A DNA stretch of 60,175 nucleotides, taken from positions 1-60,175 of IMG/VR virus record IMGVR_UViG_3300030433_002650, one strand, 5' to 3'. The notes under the pieces were generated by a model. That model ran no database searches, was not told the origin of the DNA, and saw nothing but the letters and a program-made list of their open reading frames with translations. Shown piece by piece: positions 56,182 through 60,175 of the stretch. The translations under genes and the position numbers were made by a program. This DNA comes from a virus. Its lineage: Duplodnaviria; Caudoviricetes. Within the stretch, counting starts at the first letter, position 1, and each line of letters starts with the position of its first letter.

Positions 56182-57812
56182 CCAAATAGTTCTGATAATT
56201 CTTCAAATTGCGTCAATTTTTTGTTGGTTGGATAACTGGTATTAAATCTGTGGTTGAACAATTCAATGAGAGCATCCTTTGTATGCGGTGGTGCGTTTGC
56301 CAGCGCAGCCATCGGGTCACCCCATGTTTGGGGTAAGGTTAGGTCACGTAGTGTAAGTGCATCTCCTGTATTGGGTCTGTCCCACCAATCACTTGCTCCT
56401 AAACGTCGTATCAAGCCAAGTTTTCTTCCTAATTGACGTTCTCTCGATTCACCACTATTAAAGTAATTACGGTCTTCCTCTTCGATTGCTTCTAAAAGGC
56501 GAATTTTTTCATCGTTTGTAAGCACAGCCGGCATTCCATGCCTATCGACCATATCTTCAAATTCAGGGGGTGCATATTGCATAAACGGTAAATGGTCACG
56601 AATGTAGGCAAATTTTTGATTGCGTGATATTGTATCATCTTTTTCACGACCTATGGCTTGACGAAAATCCTGTGCTGTTTTTGGTCGAAAGAAGTTTCTT
56701 ATGTCGTTTAGTGAAAGAAAGTTTGTTTTACTACGTCCATCTCCTCTTATCATATTCTTATACGAATCATTGTATCGAAACGGTACAAGCCGTTCAGGGG
56801 CTATACGACTGTGTACAATGGCTTCTGTTGCACCTTCTTTTGCCTCACCTGCTGGACGTGCTTGGAATATATCGCCACTTGGTGCACCAAATCCACGAAC
56901 ACCAATAAGCGCATTTGTATCGTGGGTTGTAACTGCCCTGTCTAAATCAGCAACGTACGGTGTAGTCAAAAAGTACCCACTTTGGAAGTGTTCAAGAGGT
57001 GGGTTTTGTGATTGCACAAGCATAGGGCGACGACCCGTATTTCGACTTTCATATGATTCATTGTTATAGTTTGGAAGCGGTATCAATCCACCACCTGTTT
57101 GTGCCATGCCGCCCATAATATCACGATTGCTTGCACGACGTACAGCCGTCACAGGGGCTACTGCGCCTTCACGCACCAATCCCGTTTTAGGGTCAAGCCA
57201 ATCTTCGGTATGGTATGAGGGAAAATGTTCAGGCAACGTAGTTTGACGGCCAAAGTAATCACGGAATTGTGGAGTATTGCGTAAACCTTCGAGCAATGTT
57301 TCACTTCTTGGTTGTTCAGGAGTAGAATCTGGTCTTGGGCCTTTTAAACGACCAAATTTATTTTGTATTTTTGTATATGAAACTGGATTGATATTACGCA
57401 TTATTTCTTCTTCTGTAAGTTCAGCCAATCTTTTTGGTACATTGGAGACATTTCTTTTGCTACGCATATCTTGAATGTATTGCTCTACAATATCTTCAGG
57501 GTTTTCTGTTTTGGCTCGCAACTCGTCAAGATGCATGTTTAATTGCTGTTCAGCCGACAGTGGAGAAACTTCGGGTAAATCAAAAGGTTTCTGAAACGTA
57601 ATAGGTGGTGAATCGGAAAAAGTTTGCATGTTTTCGTAAGTATCAAAGTCACTAAGTTTACTTTGAGTTGTCGCAGGTATGCTTTCGTTTTGTTTAAATT
57701 GAAAATACGGGTCTTGTGCTCTTGACGTTGGAACTTCAGGCAAACTTACCGGATAAAAGTCGCTAAGACGAGTCTGTTGCTTGAGAACAAGCACAGGGTT
57801 CGCTCCGACCAT
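56178..57812 (-). CDS. Multi-PIP-box protein with central ADP-ribosyltransferase-like domain
   Basis: PVLVLK-QQTRLSDFY, TQSKLSDF, RQTTLPEHF and NKKLTQF. PVTAVRR...SGYFLTT...ALIGVR...EGATEAIVHSRIAPERLV aligns with 440..1021. Confidence 0.55.
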   Translation of the reverse strand: MVGANPVLVLKQQTRLSDFYPVSLPEVPTSRAQDPYFQFKQNESIPATTQSKLSDFDTYENMQTFSDSPPITFQKPFDLPEVSPLSAEQQLNMHLDELRAKTENPEDIVEQYIQDMRSKRNVSNVPKRLAELTEEEIMRNINPVSYTKIQNKFGRLKGPRPDSTPEQPRSETLLEGLRNTPQFRDYFGRQTTLPEHFPSYHTEDWLDPKTGLVREGAVAPVTAVRRASNRDIMGGMAQTGGGLIPLPNYNNESYESRNTGRRPMLVQSQNPPLEHFQSGYFLTTPYVADLDRAVTTHDTNALIGVRGFGAPSGDIFQARPAGEAKEGATEAIVHSRIAPERLVPFRYNDSYKNMIRGDGRSKTNFLSLNDIRNFFRPKTAQDFRQAIGREKDDTISRNQKFAYIRDHLPFMQYAPPEFEDMVDRHGMPAVLTNDEKIRLLEAIEEEDRNYFNSGESRERQLGRKLGLIRRLGASDWWDRPNTGDALTLRDLTLPQTWGDPMAALANAPPHTKDALIELFNHRFNTSYPTNKKLTQFEELSELFG

Positions 57813-57863
57813 ACTCGTGCGAGGTAACGATACAATTTAGAAATACCGACGCATACGAATGGT

Positions 57864-58457
57864 ATGGGCGACAAGGTATTGGTGGTCAAAGCACCAATCT
57901 TACCACTGCTTTTACCACTACTTGGTGGTCTTGGTATGGGTGCTATTGGTCGTAAATTAGGTAAAGAAGGAGCCGAGGCTGCTGCTGGTGCAGGTGCTAA
58001 GGCGGCAGCAGGTGCAGCAACACAAGGGGCTACTCAAGCGGCTACTCAAGGTGCAAAACAAATGTCAGGTAAGCAATTTGCAATGCAAATGGCTCAACAA
58101 CAACAAAATGCGGCGGCTCAACAACGTCAAGACCAAAAAGCACAGCAAGAACAACGTGCTTTAGAGATGGCTGAAAAAGCAAAAGGCGGTGCAGGGACTA
58201 TGCAAAAGCAGTTGCAGGGCGTACTTGACGACCTTCGACTTCTCAAGGGTACACTGCAACTACCAACTGCACTAAGCGAAGAGTTGCGTGACACCATCAA
58301 GACGCTTGATAACGACCATGTTATTGTCGATAACAAGGACGAAACGCTTGTTCACAACACGACACCGTTTACAGAAGACATTATTCGCCGTTTATCGGAA
58401 ACAGAAGACGAGAAAGCGGAAGAACCGTTGTTCCAACCACAGCAATTGTTCTATTGA
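57864..58457 (+). CDS. A/G/Q-rich protein with hydrophobic N-terminus (DNA pilot/ejection-protein-like)
   Basis: MGDKVLVVK-APILPLLLPLLGGLGMGAIG..., then an A/G-rich stretch and a Q-rich coiled coil; divergently transcribed. Confidence 0.6.
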   Translation: MGDKVLVVKAPILPLLLPLLGGLGMGAIGRKLGKEGAEAAAGAGAKAAAGAATQGATQAATQGAKQMSGKQFAMQMAQQQQNAAAQQRQDQKAQQEQRALEMAEKAKGGAGTMQKQLQGVLDDLRLLKGTLQLPTALSEELRDTIKTLDNDHVIVDNKDETLVHNTTPFTEDIIRRLSETEDEKAEEPLFQPQQLFY

Positions 58458-59248
58458 CCGAAGTCGTCAAGACTTGTTTGCTTTGTACCACGGTGTTGCA
58501 TAAACAGATTACCTAATTGTGGCTTGATTGTATCTTGAAAATTGACAATTGGTAGCGTATTGTAGTCGGGTTGTAAATCACCCCAACCCTGTACGTCACG
58601 TACTGCTTGTTGTTTTGAGTCTTTTATTGGGTCTTTCATGTAAATAAACTCCCTTCTCCCAACGGCATCACGTAATTTTGCATTTACATCAATATTGGGT
58701 GGTAGGCGACGTTGGAATTTTTGATGAAATGGTTCAGATGCATAATTTCTTGAAGTTGAATGTATATTCATGTTATTTTGCAGTATTGTATTTAACAGTC
58801 TTTCGTAATGTCCTTTGCGTCGTTCACCCTCTCGTGTTTGAGCCATTAGGCTTGATAATGTTGGATTAGCAGTTGATATTCCTTGACGTTGATTGAATGA
58901 TTCGGAATCTCTTATCATTCCACTAACCTTTGAGTATTCATTACCTTCATCATCTTCAAGAACGTATTCATCGGCCCAATTGCTTTCAGGATAGCGTACA
59001 ACTCTCGTTGGTGTTTTAGGTGGGCTTGTGTCCATTCGACGTGCTAATCCTTCTGCAAATTCCCTGTCTATGACTTCTGCTGAATCAGCAAGCACAGGCA
59101 TAAAAGACGAGCCATCTTTTGGTAGTGTTCTTTGTCGATTTACTACTGGCCTATCACGAAAAAGGTCTGATAATTCTCTAAATCGGCTGTCGTAAATCAT
59201 TGTATCTTCTTCTTTGAGCAAAGACCAAGCAATGTCAAAGGCGTTCAT
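58451..59248 (-). CDS. Putative GNAT-fold acetyltransferase with AWSLLK leader and C-terminal PIP-box
   Basis: MNAFDIAWSLLK-EE; motif A-like TREGERRKGHYERLL; SRNYASEPFHQKF; C-terminal KQTSLDDFGQ. GGTGA SD before the ATG at 59248. Confidence 0.55.
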   Translation of the reverse strand: MNAFDIAWSLLKEEDTMIYDSRFRELSDLFRDRPVVNRQRTLPKDGSSFMPVLADSAEVIDREFAEGLARRMDTSPPKTPTRVVRYPESNWADEYVLEDDEGNEYSKVSGMIRDSESFNQRQGISTANPTLSSLMAQTREGERRKGHYERLLNTILQNNMNIHSTSRNYASEPFHQKFQRRLPPNIDVNAKLRDAVGRREFIYMKDPIKDSKQQAVRDVQGWGDLQPDYNTLPIVNFQDTIKPQLGNLFMQHRGTKQTSLDDFGQ

Positions 59249-59252
59249 TTGT

Positions 59253-59834
59253 TCACCGCTTTGGTTTGATGTTTTGCAAGGCTTGACTGAAGTCACGACC
59301 TACAGTTGCATCACCAATAAATTCAGGCGGTAGGGTTGTTTGACGTGGGTCTTGAGGCATTGTTTGAGGTTGCGGTAGTCTTGGTGCAAACTGGATAGGC
59401 GGAGTCTGTCCTTGTTGTCGAGCCATAGCCAATGCTTGCGCCAATTGACCCTGTGGGTCTACTTGCGACTCCATTGCTTCACGGAAGTCTTGTTTTTTAA
59501 CACCATACTGTTTTGCATATGCTCTATCAAAATCTTCTGCTGTCATTTCATTGTATTGACCGCAATCAGGGCAAAAAATATCTACATACATTCTTGGATT
59601 TTCTTGATTACCAATATAATGTCCATACATTATCCCACCAGCACAACCATGACAAGGAACTGGCGGTGCTGGTTCTGCAACAGTTTCAGGATGAAAACTT
59701 TGTGCTTCACGTTCCATTCTTTCACGATGCCCGAAAGGATATTCAAGAGGTAGACCACGTTCATCTATAGTATAGCCACGTTCATTTAAATTTTCTTTTA
59801 ACATAATCCATGCTATGTCAAATGACTGGCTCAT
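59253..59834 (-). CDS. Zn-ribbon protein with FDIAWIMLK leader and PIP-like motif
   Basis: MSQSFDIAWIMLK-EN, CHGC...CPDC, RQTTLPPEF. An alternative start lies at 59858. Confidence 0.6.
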   Translation of the reverse strand: MSQSFDIAWIMLKENLNERGYTIDERGLPLEYPFGHRERMEREAQSFHPETVAEPAPPVPCHGCAGGIMYGHYIGNQENPRMYVDIFCPDCGQYNEMTAEDFDRAYAKQYGVKKQDFREAMESQVDPQGQLAQALAMARQQGQTPPIQFAPRLPQPQTMPQDPRQTTLPPEFIGDATVGRDFSQALQNIKPKR

Positions 59835-59911
59835 GGAGTTGGGAGGTAGTTTCACCATAAAAATTTTGTTTGAAATTTTTTTTCTCGGAAAGGTGTGCGT
59901 GACTAAAAGAA

Positions 59912-60092
59912 GTGCTATGGGTTTGTGCTATGCTATGCCTCCGCCTAAGGGGGTGTGCTATGGGTCGTGCTATGGGTCTGTGCTATGGCGCAGTACCACG
60001 GTCTATAGAACGGGGTACTTGCGTGGGCAGGGGTGGGGGCATAGCGTACGGCTCTCGCCCCTTGCCTACGCATAGCACGCCTGCGTGCTATG
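59912..60092. repeat. Non-coding cluster of GTGCTATG direct repeats with inverted copies
   Basis: GTGCTATG at 59912, 59925, 59955, 59967, 59980 and 60085; inverted CATAGCAC at 60071 and CATAGCGT at 60040. Confidence 0.8.
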
Positions 60093-60175
60093 ACGGCGGC
60101 TCACCGCCCCACGCCTATAGCATAACACCTCGTCACACGCAAGCCCCCATGAATAGCGACCCTTGAACCCAACCC

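Noticed and set aside
59912-60092. Possible mini-CRISPR array
   Set aside because: The repeats are only 8 nt with irregular, mostly 4-5 nt gaps; there is no 25-40 nt repeat/spacer structure and no cas genes.
1-60175. tRNA, rRNA, integrase or transposase genes
   Set aside because: None recognised by eye. Intergenic gaps are mostly too short, but a tRNAscan-SE/Infernal run would be needed to exclude small RNAs.

Overview
This window is about 60 kb of a tailed dsDNA virus genome (HK97-fold head-tail type), encoded almost entirely on the minus strand. It covers the morphogenesis region. Reading right to left: a block of low-complexity putative internal-head proteins, a small-GTPase/membrane-protein operon, terminase, a LAGLIDADG protein, portal, a ~1900-aa protein ending in a degenerate DNA-ligase fold, prohead protease/scaffold, major capsid, neck, tail tube, frameshifted tail chaperones, a short tape-measure-like protein and a 5573-aa LamG-tipped protein. 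GGTGA/GAGGTGA Shine-Dalgarno sites, TTTAAATA-type TATA boxes ~25 nt before starts, and PCNA-binding (PIP)-like motifs point to an archaeal host. Gene content resembles Marine Group II (Poseidoniales) 'magroviruses' (inference, no search run). The most striking unexplained pattern is a shared short peptide code, (F/M)D-x-A-(W/M)-x-x-L-K or [VIL]-[VIL]-x-K, in more than a dozen unrelated proteins, at N-termini and between domains of polyproteins. In several it is followed by a PIP-box and an ADP-ribosyltransferase-like, GNAT-like or HNH-like domain. This suggests a capsid cargo-loading/processing system that delivers PCNA-targeted effectors. All product calls are by eye from motifs and gene order.
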